Shown: positions 41,957-52,499, counted from the stretch's first letter. The stretch is 57,563 nucleotides of DNA from an uncultured Candidatus Saccharibacteria bacterium (GCA_964610055.1 CAZSUC010000001.1:157304-214866); one strand, 5' to 3'. A program made the numbers and translations. The notes: a model not told the origin generated them from the sequence alone.

Positions 41957-43954
41957 TTACAGCAATGGCGCAATAATCAAAGCCACGATACTCATTAACT
42001 TAATCAAGATATTTAACGCTGGGCCCGCTGTATCCTTAAATGGATCACCAACTGTATCGCCAATTACGGCTGCTTTATGCACATCTGATCCTTTTCCACC
42101 TAAATTACCGGCTTCCACATATTTCTTTGCGTTATCCCAAGAACCTCCGGCGTTGGCCATCATAACCGCTAATAAGAATCCCGTTACAATACCGCCAGCT
42201 AATAATCCACCTAACGCTTCCGCTCCTAAGGTAAATCCAACTACTACTGGCACTAAAATCGCCAAAATACCAGGTAATACCATTTCATGTAACGCTGCTG
42301 TGGTAGCAATATCCACACTTTTCCCATAATCAGGCTTGTTTTGTCTCTCCATAATCCCCGGGATTTCTCTAAATTGACGTCGTACTTCTTCTACCATTTT
42401 CATAGCTGATTTTCCGACCGCTTCCATCGCAAAAGCCGAAAAGATAAATGGCAAAGTGCCACCTAAGAATAATCCCACCATAATTTTAGGCTGCATGACG
42501 TCAATCATCGAAATATGAGCCATTTCCTTGAAGCTCACCAATAACGCTAATGACGTTAATGCTGCTGATCCAATCGCAAAACCTTTACCAATTGCAGCCG
42601 TTGTATTTCCCACTGCGTCTAACGATTCCGCTCTTTGACGAGTTTCACTTCCCATACCAGCCATTTCAGCAATTCCCGCCGCATTATCAGCCACAGGGCC
42701 ATATGTATCTGAAGCCAATGTAATTCCTAAAGTTGATAACATTCCCACTGCTGCAATCGCAATTCCATACATGCCATCCAGCCAAAATGACAGCAAAATT
42801 GCCGCCACTACCACTAATATCGGTACTGCTGTCGACATCATTCCTAACGCCAACCCACTAATAATATTTGTTGCTGGGCCAGTTTGAGCTGCTTCTGCTA
42901 CTTTTCGAGTCGGGGTTTTTTCGTGACTCGTGTAATATTCCGTCACTAATCCAATTGCCACCCCCGCCACTAATCCCGTCACTACTGCCCAAAACTTCGA
43001 CCAATCATTTGCAAATAGGTGATTAGTCCACCACCAGCTACCTAAAATCATCACTACTCCCGCTAAAATAGTTCCTTTATTGAAACTACTGCTAATTTTA
43101 TGCTCGTCATTCGTTCTGACAACCGAAATACCAACTAAACTTGCAACTACCCCAATTGCTGCTAAACCAAGCGGATAAATCGCTCCTGCATCCGCAAATG
43201 TTTTCAAAGCTACCGATGAAATACCAAGTACCATTGCGGCGATCAAAGTATCCACATAACTTTCAAACAAATCTGCTCCCATACCAGCCACATCGCCTAC
43301 GTTATCACCAACATTATCGGCAATTACAGCTGGATTACGAGGATCATCTTCTGGAATTCCTTTTTCTACCTTACCCACTAAATCGGCACCTACATCCGCT
43401 GCTTTGGTGTAAATTCCACCACCGACTCGTGCAAATAAAGCTACTGCCGATGCTCCAAAACCAAATCCATACACTAAACTTGGGTTTCCCGTCCAAATCC
43501 AAAGCAAAGTTACGCCTAATAATCCTAGACCTACTACTGACATTCCCATAACCGCTCCTGAGCTAAAAGCAACTGATAATCCTTGTGCTACACCCTTTTT
43601 CGCTGCTTCCGCCGTACGAACGTTCGCTAATGTCGCAATTCTCATACCAATATTTCCGGCCACCACTGATAACACTGCTCCAATTAAGAACGAAATAATC
43701 GTTTCGTTGGCCACTGTCTGCTCTGGCGTGCCCCAGAAACGAGTTAACCATAACAATGCCGCTGCTACCGCGACCACAATCACTAACACCCGATATTCTC
43801 GGTTTAAGAAGGCCATCGCGCCTTCTCTGATTGCATTTGCAATGCCCTTAGCCTCTTGGTTTTCTACCTTGCGGCTTGTTATTGACTTAGCTTGCCAGGC
43901 GGCATAGCCCAAAGCTAATACCCCCGCGGCTAGAATCCATGTTTCGTACTGCAT
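41957..43954 (-). CDS. hppA: Membrane-integral pyrophosphatase (K+-dependent-type signature)
   Basis: [56 protein letters not shown]; about 16 hydrophobic helices; 665 aa. Confidence 0.95.
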   Translation of the reverse strand: MQYETWILAAGVLALGYAAWQAKSITSRKVENQEAKGIANAIREGAMAFLNREYRVLVIVVAVAAALLWLTRFWGTPEQTVANETIISFLIGAVLSVVAGNIGMRIATLANVRTAEAAKKGVAQGLSVAFSSGAVMGMSVVGLGLLGVTLLWIWTGNPSLVYGFGFGASAVALFARVGGGIYTKAADVGADLVGKVEKGIPEDDPRNPAVIADNVGDNVGDVAGMGADLFESYVDTLIAAMVLGISSVALKTFADAGAIYPLGLAAIGVVASLVGISVVRTNDEHKISSSFNKGTILAGVVMILGSWWWTNHLFANDWSKFWAVVTGLVAGVAIGLVTEYYTSHEKTPTRKVAEAAQTGPATNIISGLALGMMSTAVPILVVVAAILLSFWLDGMYGIAIAAVGMLSTLGITLASDTYGPVADNAAGIAEMAGMGSETRQRAESLDAVGNTTAAIGKGFAIGSAALTSLALLVSFKEMAHISMIDVMQPKIMVGLFLGGTLPFIFSAFAMEAVGKSAMKMVEEVRRQFREIPGIMERQNKPDYGKSVDIATTAALHEMVLPGILAILVPVVVGFTLGAEALGGLLAGGIVTGFLLAVMMANAGGSWDNAKKYVEAGNLGGKGSDVHKAAVIGDTVGDPFKDTAGPALNILIKLMSIVALIIAPLL

Positions 43955-44028
43955 AAGGTTTTACTAATTAAACAAAAGGTAATTGCCTATTATGTAGCTC
44001 GGTTAGCCATTTTTGGCAAGGAGCTAAT

Positions 44029-45216
44029 CTACTTTTCTTCTCCTGTCGTCACTTCTTCTGTCTCCGGTGTTATTTCGGTGGCCTGATGTTCTGTTTCCGT
44101 TTCCGTCACTACTTCATCGGGACTAGCTCCAGCTTCAACTGCACTGGCCTCTTCTCCCATTTTTACTATATCAATTCTCCAACCGGTTAATTTAGCGGCT
44201 AAACGCACATTTTGGCCTCTTTTACCAATAGCCAAACTCAATTGTTGTTCATCTACATGTGCCACTGCTCGTTTTTCTTCTTCGAATAAATCAACCGCAA
44301 TCACTCGTGCCGGAGACAAAGAATTGGCTATATATCGCGCTGGATCATCATTCCATTGAATAATATCAATTTTTTCTCCGGACAATTCCGCGATAATAAT
44401 TTGAATTCTAGTTCCGCGCTGTCCAATACAAGCTCCGACCGGGTCGATTCCTTCTTCTTTAGCCGAAACTGCCACTTTTGAGCGTTCTGACGCTTCGCGT
44501 GCAATGCCCTTGATTTCAACGCTACCCGCAAAAATTTCCGGTACTTCCAACTCAAATAAACGCCGCAACATACCTGGATGGCTGCGAGACAACACTATTT
44601 CCGGCCCTCTGGCTGATAATTGGACTTTAACTACATATACCCGAATTCTTTGGTTAACACGGTACCGTTCGCCACGTACTTGCTCACTTGGGAATAATAT
44701 TCCGGTCGTTCGGCCAATATCGACAAACACTGTATCACCTTCAATCCGCTGGACGATACCCGAAATAATTTCTCCTTCTTTATCTTGATATTCAGTATAA
44801 ATTGCTTCTCTTTCCGCTTCTCTGATTCTTTGAATAATAACCTGTTTGGCTGTTTGAGCGGCCACACGGCCATAATTTGGATCTTTTGGTGTAACTTCTA
44901 TCACATATTCTTTGCCTATTTCCGCCTCAGGATCATTTTTCTTAGCTTCTTCTAAAGTAATTTCCGCTGCTGGATTTTCCAGAGCCTCATCTTCCACTAC
45001 TGTTGTAACTTGAAAAATTCGAGACGAACCATCTTCTTCATTAAATTCAGCTCGAATATCTTGCCCTTTTTCGCCATAATCTTTGCGATATGCGGCCGTT
45101 AATGACGCTTCAATCGTTTCCAAAACCTTGTCTTTACTAATTCCTTTTTCAGCCACAATTTGGTCAATCGCGCTGCCAAAACTTAGTTCGTCTTCCATAA
45201 TTAGCTTAATTAACAA
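44029..45216 (-). CDS. nusA: Transcription termination/antitermination factor NusA
   Basis: N-terminal RNAP-binding domain, S1 domain (GEIISGIVQRIEGDTVFVDIG), two KH domains (GACIGQRGTRIQ, LAIGKRGQNVRLA), acidic tail. Confidence 0.95.
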   Translation of the reverse strand: MLIKLIMEDELSFGSAIDQIVAEKGISKDKVLETIEASLTAAYRKDYGEKGQDIRAEFNEEDGSSRIFQVTTVVEDEALENPAAEITLEEAKKNDPEAEIGKEYVIEVTPKDPNYGRVAAQTAKQVIIQRIREAEREAIYTEYQDKEGEIISGIVQRIEGDTVFVDIGRTTGILFPSEQVRGERYRVNQRIRVYVVKVQLSARGPEIVLSRSHPGMLRRLFELEVPEIFAGSVEIKGIAREASERSKVAVSAKEEGIDPVGACIGQRGTRIQIIIAELSGEKIDIIQWNDDPARYIANSLSPARVIAVDLFEEEKRAVAHVDEQQLSLAIGKRGQNVRLAAKLTGWRIDIVKMGEEASAVEAGASPDEVVTETETEHQATEITPETEEVTTGEEK

Positions 45217-45232
45217 TTAATCTCACCTGGGT

Positions 45233-45259
45233 AAAAAAATCCCGCGGTCTCACCGCGGT
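45233..45259 (-). terminator. Rho-independent terminator after yraN
   Basis: The minus-strand RNA reads CCGCGG-UGAGA-CCGCGG followed by GAUUUUUUU. It lies between the yraN stop and the nusA start. Confidence 0.7.
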
Positions 45260-45307
45260 AATCTGATACTTTTACTATACTCTTTCTGCCCCTATTTTGT
45301 CAATAAT

Positions 45308-45658
45308 TTAAATTGCGTCCTGAATATGCTCCCATAACCACTGCCCTTCTCTTTTACTTGCCCCTATAACGTCAATTCGCACCTCTCCCCAATATCCTTT
45401 CGCCTGCTGATAAGCATAAACTGCTCGTTTCAACTTATTCTGTTTCGCCTGATTTACGCTGTCCAAAGCATCTCCGTACCTGCTATTGCTCCTTATTCTC
45501 ACTTCCACAAAAACCAATGTCCCTCCGTCTCGCATAATTAAATCAATTTCCCCTAAACGACATCGCCAATTGCACGCCACATATTGGTATCCTTTCCGCT
45601 CCAAATATTGCCGCGCTAAATCCTCGCCCGCTTGACCTATATCCTGGGTCTTGCCCAT
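45308..45658 (-). CDS. yraN: YraN-family (UPF0102) endonuclease-like protein
   Basis: GEDLARQYLERKGYQYVACNWRCRLGEIDLIMRDGGTLVFVEVRIR is the typical YraN core; 116 aa. Confidence 0.85.
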   Translation of the reverse strand: MGKTQDIGQAGEDLARQYLERKGYQYVACNWRCRLGEIDLIMRDGGTLVFVEVRIRSNSRYGDALDSVNQAKQNKLKRAVYAYQQAKGYWGEVRIDVIGASKREGQWLWEHIQDAI

Positions 45659-48309
45659 GTCATTAAACTTTTGCGCATATCAATTACTATCACGACAATC
45701 AGGGCTAATCCAGCAATTATTCCCCAATCACTCCATGCTAACGGTACCGTTTCAAACCAACGTTGAAACATCGGTACATATAAAGCCACACATTGTAAGG
45801 CCAAAGAAAAGGCAGCCGAAATCAATAGCCATGGATTTCCTCGCCACCCTTGTTTGAAAAATGATACTTGTAATGATCGATAACTCCACGTTGAAAGCAG
45901 ACACGCCACCGCTACAAACGTAAAAATCATTGTCCGAATATAATTAAGCTCAATGTTTGTTTGTTGGACTAAGTACCAATATAAGCCAATCGCTCCTATC
46001 GTCAGCGCTAATCCCGACAAGAGCATATGCCAGCTAATTTCTTTGTTTAATAGAGGCGCTTGCGGATTTTCCGGTTTACGCTGCATAACCCCGCGTTCTG
46101 CCGGTTCCATGGACAAAGCTAAATCCGACGTGCCGTCAGTTACCAAATTAATCCACAAAATTTGGGCGGGCACCATTGGTAACGGCAATTTCATTGCTAA
46201 ACTAACCACAAAAATCGCAACTTCCGCGATATTCGTCGATAACAGAAAAGTAATCACCTTCCTAATATTGTCTCGAATTACTCGTCCTTCCTTTATTGCC
46301 GCCACAATCGTCGCAAAGCTGTCGTCTAAAAGCACTAAATCAGCCGCATCTTTTGCAATATCTTTGCCTGAGCCCATTGCTACGCCAATATCAGCGCTTT
46401 TCAAAGCCACTGCGTCATTTACTCCATCTCCGGTCATTGCCACTATCTCGCCTCGCTTTTGTAGTGCTTTTACGATTCTCTGTTTATCAATTGGGTTAAC
46501 TCGGGCGAACACTGTTATTTCATCAATCCTGTCTTCCAGCTCACGGTCACTCATGCTTTCCAGGTCAGAGCCATCTAATACTTTTTCATCGTTAACGCTT
46601 AATCCTACTAATCTCGCAATTCCACGCGCTGTTATCGCATAATCACCCGTAATAATTTTTACCGCTACTCCTGCCGCCTGACTTTCCGCAATTGCCCGGG
46701 TTACCTCTGGCCGGATCGGATCACTCATTGTTAAAATGCCCAAAAAGGTTAAATCATGCACATCACCGCGCGTAATGGCCGATTGGCGTATGTTTTTCCG
46801 CATCGCTATGCCAATAATCCTGTCTCCTTGGTCAGCGTGTTGTCGCCATTCTGCTTGGATTTCATGCCGACGTCGATCACTTAATTCCTCTTCTCCCTCT
46901 AATCCCATGATTTTTGCGCTTCTTTCCAGTAAAATTTCAGGCGCTCCTGTTACAAAAAGAATTTGTGCTGGATTTGTCGGGTGATTATATAAACTAGCAG
47001 CGTATTTCCAATGCGAATCAAACGCTAAAGCATCTCTTTTTTGCCATTTTCGCTTTAATTCTGCCGTATCATACCCCAATCCTTGTACAAATTCAGATAT
47101 TCCTCTTTCCGTAGCCGATCCTAGTTCTGTGGTTGCACCTAAAGCTAATCCCAAGGCAAACATTGGTATTTCTGGTTTTTTTATTTCCTTCCCTGCTAGA
47201 AATTTTGTCCCATCACTGCCGTAAAATGCCTCTGGCTTAATATGCCCTAGGGTTAAAGTGCCTGTTTTATCAGTACATATTACTGTTGCTGCTCCCAGTG
47301 ATTCTCCAGCCGCTAATTCTCGCACTAATCCGCGTTGCTTTAATATTCTGCTTACCCCAATTGTTAGTGCGACTGTCAAAATAACCGTTAAATCTTCCGG
47401 AATCGCGCTTACAATCAATGCCACCGCTGTTCTAATACTAGTTGTCCAATCATTTTGTCCAATTAAACTAATCCCCATTACGACTAAAACTAATCCAACT
47501 GTTATCCATGCAATCATCATGCCTGTTTGATTTAGCTTTTTCCGTAACGGTGAAACCGGAGAGCTTTGTGTCTTTAACATTTGTGCGATCTTACCAAACT
47601 CTGTCCTGGCTCCTGTTTGTGTGACCACCGCCCATCCCTGCCCTTCTGTCACTGTTGTCCCCAGAAACACCATATTAGCTCTATTTCCTAATGGTGACCG
47701 ATTAATCAGCGTGTGAATATTTTTATCAACATCGTCAGCCTCGCCAGTTAACGCACTCTCTTTCATACGTAATCCCTGACTCGTAATTAAACGCGCGTCA
47801 GCGGGAATTCTTTCTCCAGCTCGAAAACCAATAATATCGCCCGGAACTAAATTAATCGCATTAATTTGTTTTACTTTTCCGTTTCTCTTAACGCGCGCTG
47901 TTTGTCGTAAATGTTTTCTTAATCGCTCTAATGTCCTTTCCGTCCGCCACACTTGCACATATGAGAGAGAGGTATCCAGCATGATTGCTAATCCAATAAT
48001 TATCGCATCCCCCACGCGATTCATGACTAGCGAGATTATGGCAGCTGCTGTCAAAAACAAGACTAATCCGTCCTTAAAACGATCTAAAAAAATAAATATC
48101 GGAGACCGTGTCTTGTGCTGCGGAATTACATTTAATCCAAATGTTATTTGTCTTTTTTGCGCTTCCGATTCTGATAAACCATTATCTGTCCGTACTCGCC
48201 AAGATTTTGTCACCTCTTTAATTGGTAATAAATATGCTGGCTTCATCGCCCCTAAAAGATCAGATTCATTGCGACGATAATTGCTTGTGCTTAATACATG
48301 ACCTGACAT
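45637..48309 (-). CDS. Cation-transporting P-type ATPase (P2-like; substrate not assignable from sequence alone)
   Basis: ICTDKTGTLT (phospho-Asp), TGDGVNDAVALKSADIGVAMG, TGEADDV, a TM4 IPEDL motif, an N-terminal cation-ATPase-N-like segment; 890 aa. The 3' end overlaps the yraN start by 22 nt. Confidence 0.9.
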   Translation of the reverse strand: MSGHVLSTSNYRRNESDLLGAMKPAYLLPIKEVTKSWRVRTDNGLSESEAQKRQITFGLNVIPQHKTRSPIFIFLDRFKDGLVLFLTAAAIISLVMNRVGDAIIIGLAIMLDTSLSYVQVWRTERTLERLRKHLRQTARVKRNGKVKQINAINLVPGDIIGFRAGERIPADARLITSQGLRMKESALTGEADDVDKNIHTLINRSPLGNRANMVFLGTTVTEGQGWAVVTQTGARTEFGKIAQMLKTQSSPVSPLRKKLNQTGMMIAWITVGLVLVVMGISLIGQNDWTTSIRTAVALIVSAIPEDLTVILTVALTIGVSRILKQRGLVRELAAGESLGAATVICTDKTGTLTLGHIKPEAFYGSDGTKFLAGKEIKKPEIPMFALGLALGATTELGSATERGISEFVQGLGYDTAELKRKWQKRDALAFDSHWKYAASLYNHPTNPAQILFVTGAPEILLERSAKIMGLEGEEELSDRRRHEIQAEWRQHADQGDRIIGIAMRKNIRQSAITRGDVHDLTFLGILTMSDPIRPEVTRAIAESQAAGVAVKIITGDYAITARGIARLVGLSVNDEKVLDGSDLESMSDRELEDRIDEITVFARVNPIDKQRIVKALQKRGEIVAMTGDGVNDAVALKSADIGVAMGSGKDIAKDAADLVLLDDSFATIVAAIKEGRVIRDNIRKVITFLLSTNIAEVAIFVVSLAMKLPLPMVPAQILWINLVTDGTSDLALSMEPAERGVMQRKPENPQAPLLNKEISWHMLLSGLALTIGAIGLYWYLVQQTNIELNYIRTMIFTFVAVACLLSTWSYRSLQVSFFKQGWRGNPWLLISAAFSLALQCVALYVPMFQRWFETVPLAWSDWGIIAGLALIVVIVIDMRKSLMTWARPRI

Positions 48310-48323
48310 ATGCTTATTCTAAC

Positions 48324-48560
48324 ATGCCCAAGCTTAATCGACATGAATCAGAGCGCTATATTTTTTCGGACTTTATTCGTCTGATAGTCACAATTATTAT
48401 CGTTAGTATTTTTATTGTGATCATGCGCAATAGTGAGCAGCATTACCGTATTGTGGAACAATGGTTTAGCTCCAGTGATACAGCCAGTGACACAACTTCT
48501 GCTCCTACAAACACTATAGAAGCTACCGCCGAGCCTACAGTTACTCCTGAATCTGAATAG
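48324..48560 (+). CDS. Possible small membrane protein (78 aa); weak call
   Basis: ATG at 48324 followed by one hydrophobic helix FIRLIVTIIIVSIFIVIM and an S/T-rich tail. No other support. The 3' end overlaps the convergent gene by 20 nt. Confidence 0.3.
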   Translation: MPKLNRHESERYIFSDFIRLIVTIIIVSIFIVIMRNSEQHYRIVEQWFSSSDTASDTTSAPTNTIEATAEPTVTPESE

Positions 48561-49764
48561 CCGCGTATACGGTTAGTCCGAATGCTATTACCCCTGGCTG
48601 CCGCAAAAAATAATAATCAAAAAACAACAATGGTAGTAAAGCTGCCAAAAACCATTTTTCTCTTGGGTTAATTTTAATGAACACATAAATTACCCCTAGA
48701 GTGAACACTAAAAATTCAAGCCATCCAAGCTCGATTAACATTAATAATGGAACCGAATGTACTGGCTCTATTTCCCAGTCAGCATATTTAACGTCTTCTT
48801 TGTTCCACAAGTCGTACAAGTAATTTTCGTATTGACCTGGGCCAATACCAAATAAAGAGTGATCTCGTAAAAATATTGCTTGTGCCGCATCGATTCCTTT
48901 TAATCGTGCCGCAACTGCTTGGTCTTCAACGTCTTTCATCCTGCCTGCTACTAACGGTAATAAAACAAGTAAAATTAAACCTATAATACCCGTCATCTTT
49001 ATAAAATCTTTTCTTTGCAGTTTATTTTTTTGTAATATCAGCAAACATATTCCTGCTATAACTAATCCGATCCAGCCACTGCGGGAGAATGTCAGAAAAA
49101 TGCCTAAGGATAAAATTGGTAAAGTTAAAAAATCATAATTACGCACTTGCCCGCGTCGATATATAAGCACTAAGTTTGCCACCACTCCTAACAGCAATGC
49201 TCCCGCTAAAATATTCGGATGCGCATCTGGTCCGTAAGCACGAATTAATTTCAACGATGTTTCTGGCATTAAAAACTTAGCTACTCCAGCTATGTCATTC
49301 CGAAGTAATGATTCACCGATTTTCTCAAAACCCAAGTTTCTTTGCCAGGAAAACTGCAGCACCCCCCATATAGACTGCAAGACAGAAATTAAAACTACAG
49401 TTTGTAACACCAATTCTTTGCCGGTACTTTTAATAGTAAATTTTAATAATGGCCAAGACGCTAAAGCCATCAAATAAAGCATAAAAACTCTCCAGGCTTG
49501 ATGACTTGGCTGATTAGAAAAAAAGGAAATTAACAAAAGAATGATTACGCTAATTGTCCAAGATAACGTCAACAAATTTTTTGAACAATGTATGTACACA
49601 TCATTGAACACATACAAAATCAAAAGAACACATACATAAATAGTCCCCCAAAAGTTCCATGCCTGACCCCAAAAATGACTCAAATTAGGGGAGTGGATCA
49701 TTAGCGACAGCGGTAACAATGTCAGCGCTAAGGCAGTAATAATTAAAGTATTAAATCTCATCAT
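48541..49764 (-). CDS. O-antigen ligase/polymerase-like polytopic membrane protein
   Basis: About 10 TM helices with the LTFSRSGWIGLVIAG motif and a larger loop, typical of the Wzy_C/O-antigen ligase family. Confidence 0.7.
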   Translation of the reverse strand: MMRFNTLIITALALTLLPLSLMIHSPNLSHFWGQAWNFWGTIYVCVLLILYVFNDVYIHCSKNLLTLSWTISVIILLLISFFSNQPSHQAWRVFMLYLMALASWPLLKFTIKSTGKELVLQTVVLISVLQSIWGVLQFSWQRNLGFEKIGESLLRNDIAGVAKFLMPETSLKLIRAYGPDAHPNILAGALLLGVVANLVLIYRRGQVRNYDFLTLPILSLGIFLTFSRSGWIGLVIAGICLLILQKNKLQRKDFIKMTGIIGLILLVLLPLVAGRMKDVEDQAVAARLKGIDAAQAIFLRDHSLFGIGPGQYENYLYDLWNKEDVKYADWEIEPVHSVPLLMLIELGWLEFLVFTLGVIYVFIKINPREKWFLAALLPLLFFDYYFLRQPGVIAFGLTVYAAIQIQE

Positions 49765-49851
49765 TAAAGTATTATTCTAAAATCGCATGTTAGCCAACCG
49801 CCTATTGTCATCCTCATATGCTCGGGATATACTATCCCTACTTTTCATTCC

Positions 49852-49924
49852 GGGCCCATAGCTCAGTTGGTAGAGCGCTTCCATGGCATGGAAGAGGTCA
49901 GCGGTTCGAACCCGCTTGGGTCCA
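49852..49924 (+). tRNA. tRNA-Ala(GGC)
   Basis: GGGCCCA-TA-GCTC-AGTTGGTA-GAGC-G-CTTCC-ATGGCAT-GGAAG-AGGTC-AGCGG-TTCGAAC-CCGCT-TGGGTCC-A. The G3:U70 Ala identity pair is present. Confidence 0.9.
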
Positions 49925-49934
49925 CCGAGTTATT

Positions 49935-50007
49935 GGGCCTGTAGCTCAGCTGGTAGAGCGCCACATTCGCATTGTGGAGGTAAGCGGTTCGAGTCCGCTC
50001 AGGTCCA
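49935..50007 (+). tRNA. tRNA-Ala(CGC)
   Basis: GGGCCTG-TA-GCTC-AGCTGGTA-GAGC-G-CCACA-TTCGCAT-TGTGG-AGGTA-AGCGG-TTCGAGT-CCGCT-CAGGTCC-A. G3:U70 is present. Confidence 0.9.
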
Positions 50008-50009
50008 CA

Positions 50010-50082
50010 CGGAGCGTAGCGCAGTGGCTAGCGCGCAGCGTTCGGGTCGCTGAGGTCGTGGGTTCAAATCCCACCGCTCCGA
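50010..50082 (+). tRNA. tRNA-Pro(CGG)
   Basis: CGGAGCG-TA-GCGC-AGTGGCTA-GCGC-G-CAGCG-TTCGGGT-CGCTG-AGGTC-GTGGG-TTCAAAT-CCCAC-CGCTCCG-A. The C1:G72 pair is typical of bacterial tRNA-Pro. Confidence 0.9.
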
Positions 50083-50127
50083 CACAAAATGGAAAAACAA
50101 AAATGTGTAAATCGTTTGACGATTATT

Positions 50128-50158
50128 AAAAGACCCGCTTTTTTAAGCGGGTCTTTTA
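50128..50158. terminator. Bidirectional rho-independent terminator between the tRNA cluster (+) and rpsA (-)
   Basis: AAGACCCGCTT-TTTT-AAGCGGGTCTT is a perfect 11-bp stem flanked by A and T runs. Confidence 0.8.
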
Positions 50159-50172
50159 ACTTTAAGCTGGTG

Positions 50173-51399
50173 TTAAGCTTTCTTCTTCGTTTTTTCTGCT
50201 TTCTTTTTGGTCTTTTTCTTTTCTTTCACTTCTTCTTTTTCTTCCTTCTTTTCTGTTAAAGCAGTAACACTCAAACCTAGACGATGTTCACGTGGCTCCA
50301 GAGAAATAATGCGAAACTCTTGCATCTTGTTAGCATGTAAGACAGTGCTTGGTTCGTTGCGAGACTCCTCAGGTAACTCGGAGATATGAACTAACCCGTG
50401 AATATCATTATCTAACTTTACGAATCCACCAAAAGGAGTAACCTTCAAAACTTCTCCCTCAACAATGTCTCCCACCTTATACTTGTTCTCAACTTCATTC
50501 CAAGGATCATCGCGTAATTGCTTTATCGAAAGTGAGATGCGTAACCCATCTACTCCGATGACTTTAGCTTTAACTTTTTCATTAACCTGAACAATATCGG
50601 CTGGGTTATCAATTCTTTGCCAGGCTAATTCTGAAATGTGAACCAGTCCCTCTAGCTCTTGGTCATCCACTTCAAACTTAACAAAGACTCCAAAATCAGC
50701 TACACCGCTAACTGTTCCTTCAATAACACTGCCTTCTTTAAGCTTTCCTAAAATCTCACTTAACTCATCTCCAATTGCCGCCTTCTCGGAAAGAATCAAT
50801 TTCTCGCCATCTCGTTCCGCGGTGATCACTTTAACTTTGAATTGTTGCCCAACGTAACTCTTTAAGCGATCCAAAATTTGGTTTCGATCACCACCCTCAA
50901 CTCGGGGATAGTGATCAGGAGCTAATTGCGAAACTGGTAAGAATCCCATCACGCCATTAACTCGCATAATGAGTCCACCTTTATTAGCGTCTAAGACATC
51001 GGCCATAAAGATATCGCCTTCACCTAATTTTCGCTCTAGCTCTTCCCAGCTACGTTCTCTGGTTGCTGATCGTAATGATAATTCTATGTATCCATCTTCA
51101 TTTTCGACATCAGTAATTGTTGCCTGAATTGGATCACCAATCTTGGCGGTTTTGTAAGTATCTAGATCGTCAAACAATTCACGACCATAAATAACGCCAA
51201 CGCCAAAATTACCTAAATCCAGGTACATGACATTCTTACCTTTGTCTAAAATGTGCCCAGTCACAATTTCACCTGTTACTGGTGTTTGCAGAAGATCATC
51301 ATGCTCTTCCACTAATTTATCCATTGCGCCGGACTTTATCTCTTGCCCCTCTTCTTTATTAATAGTTAAGTTTTTCATATGGCCTAGATAATGCCACAT
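50173..51399 (-). CDS. rpsA: 30S ribosomal protein S1 (four S1 domains, Lys-rich tail); the true start may be an internal Met
   Basis: Repeated S1/OB motifs (G.IV.G.V......G..V.L.....G..H.SEL) occur four times. The C-terminus is KKEEKEEVKEKKKTKKKAEKTKKKA. Confidence 0.9.
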   Translation of the reverse strand: MWHYLGHMKNLTINKEEGQEIKSGAMDKLVEEHDDLLQTPVTGEIVTGHILDKGKNVMYLDLGNFGVGVIYGRELFDDLDTYKTAKIGDPIQATITDVENEDGYIELSLRSATRERSWEELERKLGEGDIFMADVLDANKGGLIMRVNGVMGFLPVSQLAPDHYPRVEGGDRNQILDRLKSYVGQQFKVKVITAERDGEKLILSEKAAIGDELSEILGKLKEGSVIEGTVSGVADFGVFVKFEVDDQELEGLVHISELAWQRIDNPADIVQVNEKVKAKVIGVDGLRISLSIKQLRDDPWNEVENKYKVGDIVEGEVLKVTPFGGFVKLDNDIHGLVHISELPEESRNEPSTVLHANKMQEFRIISLEPREHRLGLSVTALTEKKEEKEEVKEKKKTKKKAEKTKKKA

Positions 51400-51469
51400 A
51401 ACTAGTCCCTATGCAAGTTATATTATCTAGTTATTGCGTTAACCCCCAAAGACCGTGTATTCTTCTTTC

Positions 51470-52099
51470 ATGCATATAACTTGGCACGGACAATATACTG
51501 TCAAAATTCAAACTAATGACACTACTCTAATCTTAGATCCTTATTCTCCTGCGACCGGGTTAAATCCCTTTCGTAGCCGAGCCGATATTGTTGCTCTAAC
51601 TAACCCATCGGATCCTGACATGTCTCACTTGCCGGGTATTCAAGGTGAGCTGCAGATCATTAATACTCCTGGCGAATATTCTTTACGAGGACTCACTCTT
51701 AACGCCATCAGCTGGCACGACGAAAACAACAATCAACATAGTCTGCATCTTTGGAATATCGAACAGATGACTATTTTGCATCTCGGAGCATTAAATCGAG
51801 AGCCTACTGATACTGAACATCAGCAGTTAGAAAAAACTGACATTGATATTCTTCTGTTACCTATTGGCAATGGCAATGGTTTGTCTACTAAACAAGCTCT
51901 ACACATCCTCACCATGATTGAACCTCGCATAGTTATTCCTATTCACTATGCTCTTCCTAAGCTATCAGAAAAGTTAGACCCGGTTACTCAATTTGCTGAA
52001 GAGATGGGTGTTAATCCAAAGCACGTTGAAAGTAAAGTCATCCTGAAGGCTAATAAACTTCCTCAAGACGAAATGAACGTTATTTTGCTCGCCCCGTAA
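51470..52099 (+). CDS. MBL-fold (UPF0173-like) protein lacking the HxHxDH metal motif
   Basis: MHITWHGQ..V.I......ILIDPY... resembles the metallo-beta-lactamase-fold UPF0173 family. Where HGHGDH is expected the sequence reads TNPSDPDMSH. The ATG at 51470 is preferred over the GTG at 51455. Confidence 0.55.
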   Translation: MHITWHGQYTVKIQTNDTTLILDPYSPATGLNPFRSRADIVALTNPSDPDMSHLPGIQGELQIINTPGEYSLRGLTLNAISWHDENNNQHSLHLWNIEQMTILHLGALNREPTDTEHQQLEKTDIDILLLPIGNGNGLSTKQALHILTMIEPRIVIPIHYALPKLSEKLDPVTQFAEEMGVNPKHVESKVILKANKLPQDEMNVILLAP

Positions 52100-52118
52100 A
52101 AAAGCCTATAATAAGGAT

Positions 52119-52499
52119 GTGATAAAACGCATCCGCTCCAAAATTGAATATTTACGTACGCAACCCGAACCAGTTCGTCTCCGGGCTGCCACTACTTGGA
52201 CTATTGTTTCTGGCAGTATTATCTCTTTGCTCTGGGTTACTCTCTTATTACCTATGGAGATTAAGCATAATCGCAATAGTCACCAAGCCAGTGACACTAC
52301 TGCTCCTAAAAGTAGCGTTGCTGGTATAATTACATCCGCCACTCCCACTCCTTTAATTACCAGTAATCGTTTTGTTACTCAGCCTAACTCTGTTCTTAAG
52401 ACGACCTCGTCCATAGCCCCGTCTATTCCTTCTGTTGTCTTGCCGACACCATCAGCTTCTCCTGAACCAAATTTTATTCCCGTTGCCACGCCTCAATAA
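52119..52499 (+). CDS. Hypothetical single-pass membrane protein (GTG start)
   Basis: 126-aa ORF with one TM helix (WTIVSGSIISLLWVTLLLPM) and an S/T/P-rich tail. No recognisable motifs. Confidence 0.4.
   Translation: MIKRIRSKIEYLRTQPEPVRLRAATTWTIVSGSIISLLWVTLLLPMEIKHNRNSHQASDTTAPKSSVAGIITSATPTPLITSNRFVTQPNSVLKTTSSIAPSIPSVVLPTPSASPEPNFIPVATPQ

Noticed and set aside
49852-50007. Two adjacent tRNA-Ala genes as a duplicated or mobile element
   Set aside because: They are distinct isoacceptors (GGC and CGC anticodons) with differing stems. This is an ordinary tRNA cluster.
49818-50129. 103-aa ORF on the plus strand from the ORF track
   Set aside because: It reads straight through three well-formed tRNA genes (Ala, Ala, Pro), so it is an artefact.
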